Origin: Octopus bimaculoides
Lineage: Eukaryota
NCBI RefSeq assembly: GCF_001194135.2
Contig: NC_068981.1
Coordinates: forward strand, 168,382,488 to 168,446,487
Length of the DNA: 64,000 nt
Direction of reading: 5' to 3'
Shown here: positions 52,719-64,000 of the stretch, piece by piece
Numbering within the stretch: position 1 is the stretch's first letter
Layout of the letters: the number at the start of each line of letters is the position of its first letter
The notes under the pieces: model-generated
The model's database searches: none
Told to the model about the DNA's origin: nothing
The model's input: only the letters and a program-made list of their open reading frames with translations
Program-made: the position numbers and the translations under genes

Positions 52719-54589
52719 GATAAACGATTTTACCGATAAAGGTTTTTTTCATACTGAACTACTTGGCAAAATTGTTAATTATTAATTCTATTACTAATTG
52801 ACGATTCCCTGCCCTTATTCTTGTATATATATATATATATATTTTTTCTCTTTGTGAGATGTGTCTTTGAAAATTGTACTTGTAAGGTTATCAAAATTCA
52901 ACTTTTCCAGGGCATCAACGTCCCTATGTCTGGCCCTTCCCTTTGCCCACACTGAGGAGGTCACTACTCCTTAAATGGTATACTTGTTCATACATGATTA
53001 TCCATCAACAGTTGATTCTCTGGATCTATCCACACCTAAGAACAAAGGAGTTTATAATTAGGTTATATAAAATATCTCCTCCTCCTCCTCCTTTTAGAAA
53101 ATGTTCAAGATGCAGCGATAACTTTGGAAGTGATATTTAACCAAGCCTGCATGCTGGAAGTTGCTCAAAGGAATTCCAAAGTGTATAATAGCAGTCATAC
53201 TGCTATAAACAGCCAGGGAAGCTGTTTGTCAACGTTTATTCCATGTGAAGAAGACAAAATCTCAATTCCTGACGGAAACACAGCTTGTGCAGTGACAAAA
53301 CAAACTCAAAAATCCAAAGTTTAAATGTCCCACTGGGCGGAGCAAGTGTTACAAATGTGGATAGTTTCGTCATTTTGCTAAAGAATGCCGGTCAAATAAC
53401 TGCAAAAATTTTGATAAGACATCAGCAGCTCTTGATGATGGCAACTTCGCCGCGGCTTTATGTCAAGGTGGAGCTGCTACTAAAGTTAATTATACAATAA
53501 CAGTCGATGGCGTGAAAGCATTTGCTTTGATTGATACCGGCTCTGCTATGAATCATATTAGCAAAGAAAAACAAATTGGTAGTGAAGTCTGAAAGGAATG
53601 AAATTAACATGGCTGTCAATGGAAATCATTTCCAAAGTGACAGTTATTGTATGAGTTCAATCGAACTTCAAGGAAGAATTTATGAGCAAGTAAAGCTGGT
53701 GGTACTTGATAATTTGTTTGTAGATATAATTTTAGGACAAAATTTCTTAAAACAGCATCAACATGTACAAATTACCTTTGACAGTGACAAGCTCCTGTTA
53801 CATTTGGGAGCTCTAAATTGCATTAAAAGTGACATTACACCGAGGTTGTTAGAAAATTTAAACTCTTGACTGTAAACCCATAGTTATGAAATCGAGAAGA
53901 CAGTCCGCCAATAATGAAACATTTATTGCTGATACTATAAGCCGAGATCTGGCAGAAGGGGTAATTGAACCCAGTGTTTCTCTCTGGCGAGCCCAGGTAT
54001 TGGTAATATCAGGAGAAAATCATCGCAAGAGACTGTGTATTGATGATAGTGAGACTATAAATAAGTTTACACAATAAGATGGATATCCACTGCCAAATAT
54101 GCAATGACATGGTCACAAAAATATCTCAATTTAATTATTTTAGCACACAGGATCTCAAAAGTGTGTATCATCAAGTTGAGATTCCAGTTGAAGATTGACC
54201 TTACACGGCTTTCGAAGCACAGGGAAAATTATATCAAAGCAAATGTATTGCTTTCGGACTTACAAATGCAGTGCTCTGTTTCCAGAGAGTGATTGATAAT
54301 ATAATCGAAAGCCATAATTGTAGAGCTACTTTTGCATATATCGACAACATAACTGTGTGTAGTAAATCGAAGGAAGAACATGATCAAAATTTAAACATTT
54401 TCTTCAAGTTGCTAAAGACTGTAATTTAACTTTTAATGATGTCAAATGCATTTACAGCACTACACTGATTTGATTGCTTGGCTATGAAATCCAAAATGGT
54501 AACTTGAAACCTGACCCTGACCGGGTAAAACCCTTACTAGAGCTACCTATTCCCTGAGCGGGTAAAACCCTTACTAGAACTACCAATTC

Positions 54590-54823
54590 AAGGTGGTGAG
54601 CTGGCAGAAACATTAACACGCCGGGTGAAATGCTTAGCGGTATTTTGTTTGCTGTTACGTTCTGAGTTCAAATTTCTCTGAGGTCGACTTTGCCTTTCAT
54701 CCTTTCGGGGTCGATAAATTAAGTACCAGTTACGCACTGGGGTCGATGTAATCGACTTAATCCCCTTGTCTGTCCTTGTTTGTCCCCTCTATGTTTAGCC
54801 CCTTGTGGGCAATAAAGAAATAA
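54590..54823 (+). mobile_element. SINE family B copy inserted in Gypsy pol with a 13-bp TSD
   Basis: TSD GAACTACC(A/T)ATTC at 54577-54589 and 54824-54836. The family also occurs at about 10555-10970(-, two copies), 11867-12100, 13820-14300 (two copies), 22070-22550 (two copies), 33300-33450(-), 58885-59098(-), 60375-60582(-) and 63600-63810(-). Confidence 0.9.
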
Positions 54824-55286
54824 GAACTACCTATTCCTAGTACCCACAAAGCATTGAATCGAATTGTTGGTCTATTTGCGTATTATTCTAAATGGATTCC
54901 AAAATTCTCTGACAAGATAAAACTGTTGGTTGATACTAAAGATTTTCCTTTGAGTGAACAAGCCTTGTCAAGTTTAAAAACTTTACAAGATGATTTAGCA
55001 AATTCTACCTTAAAAGTGATTGATGAAAGCTTTCCTTTCTCAATAGAAACAGACACATCGGAAGTAGCTATATCTGGCATTTTACACCAAAACGGAAAGC
55101 CAGTAGCATTGTTTTCAAGAACCCTCAACCTAAGTGAGCATTGTTATTCTTGTAATGAAAAAGAGGCGACAGCAAATGTGGAATCTGTGAGAAAATGGTC
55201 TCATTTTCATCTTGAACGTAACTTCACATTAATAACTGATCAAAACTGTGTTGTTTTTATGTTTAATAGTCGAAAGTGCAGTAAAC

Positions 55287-55424
55287 CTAAAAACCAACAC
55301 TGAACACATTGTGCCACAAACAGAACAGAACCCTGCGCAGCTGCACTGCAGGCAAATAACAGCAATCGAGATAATCAAAATCACGTGATCAAAACTAAAA
55401 TCACAACATTTTTTCCCCACTAAA
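55287..55424 (-). repeat. Inverted copy of the element's own PPT plus first ~123 bp of LTR, inside pol
   Basis: Reverse complement of about 56650-56787 with roughly 7 substitutions and one indel. Confidence 0.9.
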
Positions 55425-56663
55425 GAAAAAAAACAATCGAACTAGCCCAGCATAAATTTGATATCATTTACTGCCAAGGCAAGTTTAATGTTGCAACTGA
55501 TAATGAACTGTACCGTGTTCATGCAGTGCTGTGTCATCCTGAGATCACATGATTGTTTCATTATATTAAAGTTAAGAATTTACCATACTCTGTAGATGAT
55601 GTAAAGCGTATACCTAACAATTGTGTAATATGTTGTGAGGTGAAGCCTCGCTTTACTAAAACCTCTATTTTGCCAGCTTTTGAAAGATTGAGTGTTGATT
55701 TTAAAGGACCCCTACCTTCAGTGTCAAAGAACCATTATTTTTTAACTGTTGTGGATGAGTATTCACGTTTTTTGTTTATTTTTCCACGTACTGATACTAG
55801 TGCTCATTCCGTTATTAGTAATTTGAAGGTTTTGTTTAATCTTTTTGGATTTCCTGCTGTTATCCATAGTGATAATGCTAAATGTTTTTTCTATATAAAG
55901 AACTTAATTTTTGTTTGATAGGGTTATCGCGATTACTCATTCTACTATGTACAATCCTTGTGGAAATGCTCAATGTGAAAAGTATAATGGAGTAATATGG
56001 AATTCCATTAAATTGGCCTTATGTAGCAGAAATTTACCAGTTTCTCAATGAGAAGTCGTGCTTCCAGAAGTTTTACATTCGCAATGTTCATTATTATGCA
56101 CGGCAACTAATGAGACCCGGCATGAGATATTCTTTAAATTTCTTAGACATTCTATGTGTGGTGTTTCTATTCCTACTTGGTTAATGCAAGTGTTTGTTAA
56201 ATGACATGTACGCAATGAGTATGATCCGTTAGTAGATGAAGCCCAATTGGTACAAATTAACCCTAACCACAGGAGAGTACAGTACCCAGATGGACGTGTA
56301 AGTACTGTGTCCATTAGAGATTTAGTTCCTACCGGCAACGCGACCGAGGAGTATCAGTTAAGTAAGGATCAAACTGATGTTGCTGGCACTGATCTTGCTC
56401 AAGTGCATGAACACTGTGGTGGTTTTTCAGATACCATGATCGATTCTGTCCCACCTACACCAGCTCAAGAACCAGAACCTCAAACTACATTGCACTGGTG
56501 TTCATCCAGAACAAAAAAAAGTTCCTGATAGGTTAAATTTATGATTGATGATGTGTTACGCTTATGAAAAGCCTCATTATTACGTTGTTGTGATTGGCTC
56601 ATGGTTATGTTTGTATTTTGCATTTTGTTGGTTAATTATTCTTTTTTTTAGTGGGGAAAAAAA

Positions 56664-56942
56664 TGTTGTGATTTTAGTTTTGATCACGTGATTTTGATTA
56701 TCTTGATTGCTGTTATTTGCCTGCAGTGTGGCTGCGCAGGGTTCTGCTCTGTTTGTGGCATGATGTGTTCAGCGTTGGTTTTTAGCTAATCGAGACTGTA
56801 GCAACTCAGTGCATAAAACTGTTATTGTGTTGAAGTTTGGTTTTGCTTACAATTTAGCAATCTTTGTTTGTATTGTAGATTGCTGTATTTTTAGTTGATT
56901 AAAACCTTTTAAACTTAGATATTCCAGTTTGGGTTTATAACA
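56664..56942 (+). repeat. 3' LTR of the Gypsy element, preceded by a polypurine tract at 56650-56663
   Basis: AGTGGGGAAAAAAA is followed by TGTT... and a candidate ...AACA end. The right boundary is tentative because no 5' LTR is available for comparison. Confidence 0.65.
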
Positions 56943-57650
56943 AAGGTTAAATAGTTCTACATAAATTTTGGAAAGAACAAGATCGTTCCTCATATTTTGT
57001 CTTTTGTTTTTCATCCTCTTTAAAACCTTGCAACCAGACAGGTGGTTGGTTAAGATAAATAACAATAACCCATCAGAGAGAGAGAGAGAGAGANNNNNNN
57101 NNNNNNNNNNNNNNNNNNNNNNNNNNNNNNNNNNNNNNNNNNNNNNNNNNNNNNNNNNNNNNNNNNNNNNNNNNNNNNNNNNNNNNNNNNNNNNNNNNNN
57201 NNNNNNNNNNNNNNNNNNNNNNNNNNNNNNNNNNNNNNNNNNNNNNNNNNNNNNNNNNNNNNNNNNNNNNNNNNNNNNNNNNNNNNNNNNNNNNNNNNNN
57301 NNNNNNNNNNNNNNNNNNNNNNNNNNNNNNNNNNNNNNNNNNNNNNNNNNNNNNNNNNNNNNNNNNNNNNNNNNNNNNNNNNNNNNNNNNNNNNNNNNNN
57401 NNNNNNNNNNNNNNNNNNNNNNNNNNNNNNNNNNNNNNNNNNNNNNNNNNNNNNNNNNNNNNNNNNNNNNNNNNNNNNNNNNNNNNNNNNNNNNNNNNNN
57501 NNNNNNNNNNNNNNNNNNNNNNNNNNNNNNNNNNNNNNNNNNNNNNNNNNNNNNNNNNNNNNNNNNNNNNNNNNNNNNNNNNNNNNNNNNNNNNNNNNNN
57601 NNNNNNNNNNNNNNNNNNNNNNNNNNNNNNNNNNNNNNNNNNNNNNNNNN

Positions 57651-57700
<50 letters not shown>

Positions 57701-57823
57701 AATCACATGTTTCAAAAGTTGAACATAATTGGTTTGTCATGTAGAAAAGGAAAAGTTTTATGTTGAGGTGTTTTTTACTGGTGAGTTGTGTTCTAGATTT
57801 CCCTTGTCCCTACTATTTATAAG

Positions 57824-57854
<31 letters not shown>

Positions 57855-57979
57855 TATGAAGGATTTCTCTAAAGTTTACCAAGTGATCCCGTACAAAGAT
57901 AATTTTAGGAAAATAACAACAGAAGAGAGATATGTGTACAAAACATCCTACAAAACTAACTTCTCTCTTTCTCTCTGTC

Positions 57980-58024
<45 letters not shown>

Positions 58025-58265
58025 GTCCCTGTCTCTGTTTCTTTCATATTTTCCCCATGTTAGATATCTCTCTCTCTTACTCTTTCTCTGTTGTGTTTTA
58101 TTTGCTTATTATTTTTTTTACCCTTACAATGTTATAATTTCAGTAAAAGAAATCATCTGGCTACATTTTTCATTCTATAATAGTTTCTTTGTTGTCATAT
58201 TGTTTACATCAATGCTCTTTACATCTATAATGGAAAAACAACTTCTACTACAACAAAAATAATAG

Positions 58266-58356
58266 CAACAGCAAGATTTAATAACATCTTATAATGATAG
58301 AAGAATGGAATTTGGTCCAGGAAAATGTTGTTATATATTGGTGGACCGTGGGAAAA
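58266..58356 (+). mobile_element. Possible relic of an RLE-type (R4/Dong-like) non-LTR reverse transcriptase
   Basis: DRRMEFGPGKCCYILVDRGK resembles the recalled DIGMEFGLDKC.....KRGK motif. Short match only. Confidence 0.35.
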
Positions 58357-58810
58357 CTGAGAGTCATGCAACTACCATCAAGATTAGTGTCATTTCCTTT
58401 CTCTCTTTTCCAAACAATGTATTATGTTACAATTCTTGTTAGCCTTTTAATGCTCTAAACATCAGATACGTTAACAGTAACTTAGATATTAAACCTCCAG
58501 GCTTTAAATATGTTAACTCCGATTTGACTGTTAATTTTCATGAGTTGGTTGATATCTGAAATTTTTTTTTTGCTATTTTGTATCAACTCTTTTTCTCTAT
58601 GCAAACATGTGTACAATTTTGCACTTACTGATACTTTCATTACTATGCCAGTAGGTTTGTTAAAGGCTATGCTTCAATGATGAGATCAGAATAAGGCTTA
58701 AGAATGTCCAGAGTTGTTTACCATACTTACAAGGAAAATATAAGTATTAGTAATTTATTAATACCATTTTTCTTTTTTTTGCATAACTATTTGAGCTTAT
58801 CTTTCTAATT

Positions 58811-58870
58811 ATTATTTCTCCCTACATTATTTCTCCCTACATTATTTCTCCCTACATTATTTCTCCCTAC
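58811..58870. repeat. 15-bp tandem repeat (ATTATTTCTCCCTAC) x4
   Basis: Four exact units. Confidence 0.95.
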
Positions 58871-59155
58871 ATTAGCTTTGGTATTCTTTTCTACACTAGG
58901 CACAAGACCCGAAATTTGCGGGGAGGGGGCCAGTTGATTAGATTGACTCCAGTATGCAACTGGTGATTAATTTATCGACCCTGAAAGGGTGAAAGGCAAA
59001 GTCAACCTTGGCGGAATTTGAACTCAGAACATAGAGACAGACAAAATACTGCTAAGCATTTCGCCCGGCGTGCTAATGTTTCTGCCAGCTCGCTGCCTNN
59101 NNNNNNNNGTGTGTGCGTGTGTGTTTACTATTATAATATATTGTACTGAATGAAA

Positions 59156-59387
59156 TATTGGGTTGTCCGGAAAGTTCGTGCCAATTTTTAAAGGAAAGAA
59201 AAAGGTCAATAAATATGTGCCATTACATTTTTAATCAACCAACTATGAACCATTTTGTTGCACAATGCGTCTCCATCTTTCCTTTAACTTGAAAATACCC
59301 TCTTCCCAGAATTGAGGTGGTTTCATGGCAAATAAGTCGAAAGGTAAGCTACTATAAATTGGCACGAACTTTCCGGACAACCCAATA
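59156..59387 (-). mobile_element. Mariner-derived MITE with TA TSD and perfect ~30-bp TIRs
   Basis: TA-TTGGGTTGTCCGGAAAGTTCGTGCCAATTT ... AAATTGGCACGAACTTTCCGGACAACCCAA-TA. The internal minus strand keeps FWEEGIFKLKERWRRIVQQNGS. Confidence 0.92.
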
Positions 59388-61280
59388 TATCATATGGCAG
59401 TCTCAGTAAAATGAGATAGGACACTTTATTTGTATCACAGGTGAATTTCTCACAATGCATTTGCAGGATAAAAACAGACATAAATGAAAGGTTAAAAAGT
59501 TTATTAACAATTGTGAATCTCTACTCTTGATCCTTCTGCATAACATTTTGGGCTGGTGTCTTTTAACTGTAGTCTCTGGGGAGCCAAGTTTTTCATAGAC
59601 AAGAGATTGGGTAAATGGAAATTGTGTGGAAGCCTGTCAGATGGATTTTACCTGCCAGCTTTGTCACACATTATGTCATGGTGATTCTTCTTCAGACTCA
59701 CATTAAAAGTACAAGGGTTTCAGCCATTCACACATAAATGTAATGAGTTGGCAATTTAGTTAAACATTCAACTAGAATAGGACCCCCTTTGGCCACAAAT
59801 GATCCTAGAAATTTACCCTCCAAGGCACAAGTCTGTGTAAGGTTGTTTGTAAAAGACCAGCAGTCGCCCATGCATACCAGCCTCCCCTCTCCACGCCAAC
59901 GATGTTATCCAAGGGTAAGACAAAAGCCGATACAGCTTGGCACCAGTGACATCGCAACCCATTTCTACAACTGAGTGAATTGGAGCAATGTGAAATAAAG
60001 TGTCTTGCTCAAGAACACAACAGTCAGCCTGGTCCGGGAATTGAACTCACTACCCCATGATTGTAAGCCTGATGCTCTAACCACTGAAGCATGCATCATC
60101 AAAACCGATTGAAGATCCTTTTACTATTTACTAATATTTGCAAGACCAATGTTTGGAATTATTAACAAGTTCTACTGAGTAAGAGATAAGGTTCTGGTAG
60201 GTCAGGCCTTCTGTGTGGTTTTGATCTCTGCTTCAATGCTTTCGATCCCATCCTGCCAGAAACTGCCATTGGTTCTACAACACAAATAATCTATTTTAAA
60301 GTGATCTAAATTAAACTCTATCATCAAAATTTCATATTAATTTATATTCCAAACATCAGTTTGATAATCCTCTCTTCTATAAGCACAAGGTCTGAAATTT
60401 AGGGGTTGGGGAATAGTTGATTACATCGACTCCAGTGCTTAACTGGTGCTTAATTTATTGACCCTAAAAGAATGAAAGGCAAAGTCAACCTCTGTGGAAT
60501 TTGAACTCAGAACATAATGATGGACGAAATGCCGCTAAGCATTTTTCCCGGTGTGCTAACAATTCTGCCAGTTTGCTGCCTTACACATCAGTTTAATGGT
60601 GACACAAGTTATTTTACTAAATTCTATATTATTTTTAAAATCATTTGAAACAAAGGCAATGCATTTCAACAAAAATATGGTAACGAAAGGGTTAAAACTC
60701 CTAATGTCTTCAGAGTAAAAAAAAGAAATCTGGAAAATTAAACTCTAAAGGAAATCTGTTTCATCATCAAGGAAATATAATCACAATTCTAAGAATGTTT
60801 AGCCATTTTCTGTATAAACAACAATGCTGACGAATTTTAATTATGAAAGGAGGAAGGAATGTCAAATGTAGTAAGAAAACATCTGGAAATAAGCAAGATT
60901 TGAGGAGAGCAACAAATGTTTCTCAGTTAAGCAAGTGTTTACCTTTTTATGGATGCACCAGGTGAGTTATACATAATCCATTTAGTAACTTAGTGTGCAC
61001 ATCAAATTAAAGAAAATTGTATACTTAATTCAAGAGTGAAAATGCTGATGCTTCTTTAAGGAAGTGTTAACATACTCTTTTACTTGTTTCAGTCATTTTG
61101 ATTGCGGCCATGCTAGAGCACCGCCTTTAGTTGAGCAAATCTACACCAGCACTTATTCTTTGTAAGCCTAGTACTTATTCTATTGATCTCTTTTTGCCGA
61201 ACCGCTAAGTTACGGGGACGTAAACACACCAGCATCGGTTGTCAAGCGATGTTGGGATACACACACACACACACACATAC

Positions 61281-61316
<36 letters not shown>

Positions 61317-61354
61317 TATCTAAATTAACTATTGCTTAACTATCCACTCACACT

Positions 61355-61402
61355 GTCTCCGATGAAAGGATATAATAAATATCCTGGAAACAGCTGTAAG
61401 AC
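61355..61402 (+). ncRNA. Minimal type I hammerhead-like motif with a core substitution
   Basis: gtct-CCGATGA-a-aggatat-aataa-atatcct-g-GAAA-cagctg-TA-agac. 7-bp helix II, palindromic ACAGCTGT helix III, GUA triplet. CUGAUGA is changed to CCGAUGA. Confidence 0.6.
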
Positions 61403-62987
61403 CTTCTATTTATAAATGTTCTATAATGCGCACAGCCTTGGCTTTTTATCTCATTACGAAAAATAAATCCTTACATATATATATATATACGACAGGCTTC
61501 TTTCAGTTTCCGTCTACCAAATCCACTCATAAGGCTTTGGTCGGCCCGAGGCTATAGTAGAAGACACTTGCCAAGGTGCCACGCAGTGGGACTAAACCCA
61601 GAACCATGTGGTTGGTAAGCAAGCTACTTACCACACAGCCACTCCGGCGCTAAACATTCTTAGAATTGTGATTATATTTCCTTGATGATAAAACAGCTTG
61701 CAGTTTTGATATTTTATTATATTTACAAGATCGTTTTCCATCACTATGCTGCCAGTAAAAATATTTGTCATTGACAGACTTGCATTTAAAATTCTCATGT
61801 TTTTAATCAAAATTTGTTAGTTGCTTGGTGACAACACTACCTATCTAACTATCTTCCACATACACACACACACTCTCTCTCTTTCTCTGTATTTCTCTTT
61901 CAACAACAGCTTTTTCTCCTCTCCTCCTTCCCTCTTTCTACATATATGTTGTGACAGACAGACAGACAAACGGAGATCAGCTTGACTTTTATATAACATA
62001 AGATCTGCTGGTCAAGAGGAAGGTGCTAAGCACATGGCCTTTGTAGACCCGTCCAGTGCAGTGAAATGCAAATGAATGATTTTTGTAATTTTGAAGTACT
62101 TTACAAATTATGAAAATGAAAAATGCTGACACGTTTGTGCATGTGTTAGCATGCATAATCATATTTTTTAACTGTATTACAGCAGTGATTCATAACTTGA
62201 TTGGTAGGACACTGTTAGGGGAATTGTGATCTCAAGAGAGTTGATGGCAAATGTCTATTGATAATACTCTCATCTGCTCTCATCAACAGGTATAAATTAC
62301 TGTTCACACACACACACATTTGTATATAGGCACAAGTGTGGCTGTGTGGCAAAAAGTTTGCTTCTCAAACACATGGTTTGGGGTTTAGTCTTACTGTGTG
62401 GCACCTTGGACATGTATCTCTTGCAATAGACTCGGGACTATAATAAACGACAAGGTGCACTGCAGTGGGTCTGAACTCAGAACCATGTGATTGGAAAGAA
62501 AACTTCTTACTGTACAGTCATGTCTTCACCTATAATATAAATATTTTAGATAAATCTTCAATAAATGAACGGGAAATGTCATAACTTATATTTTGAATTT
62601 CAGTATGCAATTTTTACATTTTAAAAATATAATTCCATTATTTTTGTGGCACACCAAGTAACGTCTCATGGCACATGAGAATGCTGAAGCATACTGTTTG
62701 AAAACCTCTGTATGGGGTTTGAGGGAAATCTGCTTGCTACTTTTAGCAACTCAAATGACCACATATATGTTCCTTTATTAGCACATTGAGTGTCCCGTTG
62801 CTTATGTTGGCAACAAAGACTCTCTTTCTCTCTCTGTCTCTCCATCTCTCATCACTCCCACCTTCTCTCTCTTTCTTCTGTCTGTGAAGAAGATAAACTG
62901 CATGTTTAAGAAATGCAGATGCTGAATAAGTAATGAGACATGGACACTGAAGATGGAAGAATTATGGAGAATGGAGTGAAATAAGAT

Positions 62988-63028
<41 letters not shown>

Positions 63029-64000
63029 CTGTTGAGTGTGTAACATCAATATGTATATGAGAAACAGAGAGCAAACAAGCTAAGACAGCAGTAGAGTATT
63101 AAAGGAATCATCCAAAGATAACAAAACAATAAACTGTACTGGTTTGGTCATGTTTTATAATTAGACAATGAGTAGGACATGAGAAGAAGTGGCGGATGTC
63201 CAATCTTCATATGCTCAGCTTCAAAAGTGATCAAGATGTACAACAGAATTAACCATTTTCTCATGTCTGGAGACACAGATGTTAAAACATTTGTTAATGA
63301 TGATGATAATGGTGGTGATGATGATGATGGTGATATGATGATGATGATGATGGTGATATGATGATGATGAGGTGGTGGTGGTGATGATAATTTTTACCTT
63401 TACAATTTTATCTCTTCAAGATAATTTGCTAGACCCTTTTTGCTGTCATGATAAGAAAATCTATTAATACACAAGAACCAGCCATCATTCTTGAGCAAGA
63501 ATGGTTTGGAAACAAGTACCATGTTTTTGCTGATTGTTGTAGATGCCTATGTAGATATGGGAAGATGTAGACACCCTCTTGGCTCCCGCATTAATGTTCT
63601 TTTATCTCTAGGCACAAGGCCTGAAATTTTGGGGAAGGGTGCCAGACGATTAAATCAACCCCAGTATGCAACTGGTACTTAATTTATCGACCCTGAAAGG
63701 ATAAAAGGCAAAGTCAACCTCGGCAGAATTTGAACTCAGAACGTGAAGACAGATGAAATACCGCTAAGTATTTCGCTTGGCATGCTAACGTTTCTGCCAG
63801 CTCACCGCCTTGGCTCCCTTGTCATCATCATCGTTTAACGTCCGCTTTCCATGCTAGCATGGGTTGGACGATTTGACTGAGGACTGGTGAAACCAGATGG
63901 CTACACCAGGCTCCAATCTGATTTGGCAGAGTTTCTACAGCTGGATGCCCTTCCTAACGCCAACCACTCCGAGAGTGTAGTGGGAGCTTTTACGTGCCAC

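Larger units (their letters stand above)
53090..56942 (+). mobile_element. Ty3/Gypsy LTR retrotransposon, 5'-truncated and decayed (gag CCHC-PR-RT-RH-INT, PPT, 3' LTR)
   Basis: CYKCG*FRHFAKEC knuckle at 53347-53388, LIDTGS protease at 53533, RT YIDN at 54337, RNase H ETDTS...EKEA...LITDQ, integrase HHCC plus VDFKGP...HSDN...QCEKYNG. Domain order is Gypsy-type. Many stops and frameshifts. Confidence 0.93.

Noticed and set aside
51180-63280. Scattered exon-like segments (51200, 51515, 58420, 62030, 63170) that might form a second host gene
   Set aside because: Could not be joined in consistent phase or matched to any protein family I recognise.

Overview
AT-rich, repeat-dense animal genomic DNA with N gaps, most flanked by microsatellites. 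The SINE/LINE landscape suggests an octopus genome (inference). No ORF in the supplied track is a complete host gene. Reading splice signals reveals a minus-strand MCRIP/FAM195-family gene: coding exons at 40572-40518, 39637-39544 and 12274-12162, then two paralogous 54-nt phase-1/1 exons (6240-6187 and 332-279) that look like mutually exclusive or tandem-duplicated alternatives. The last exon lies beyond the left edge of the window. The rest is mobile DNA: several tRNA-derived SINE families, RTE-type LINE relics, mariner/maT relics, piggyBac-like, hAT-like and mariner MITEs, Penelope-like pieces carrying two minimal hammerhead-ribozyme motifs, and a 5'-truncated Gypsy element with an inverted copy of its own PPT/LTR inside pol. 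All alignments and counts were done by eye; no database search was run.
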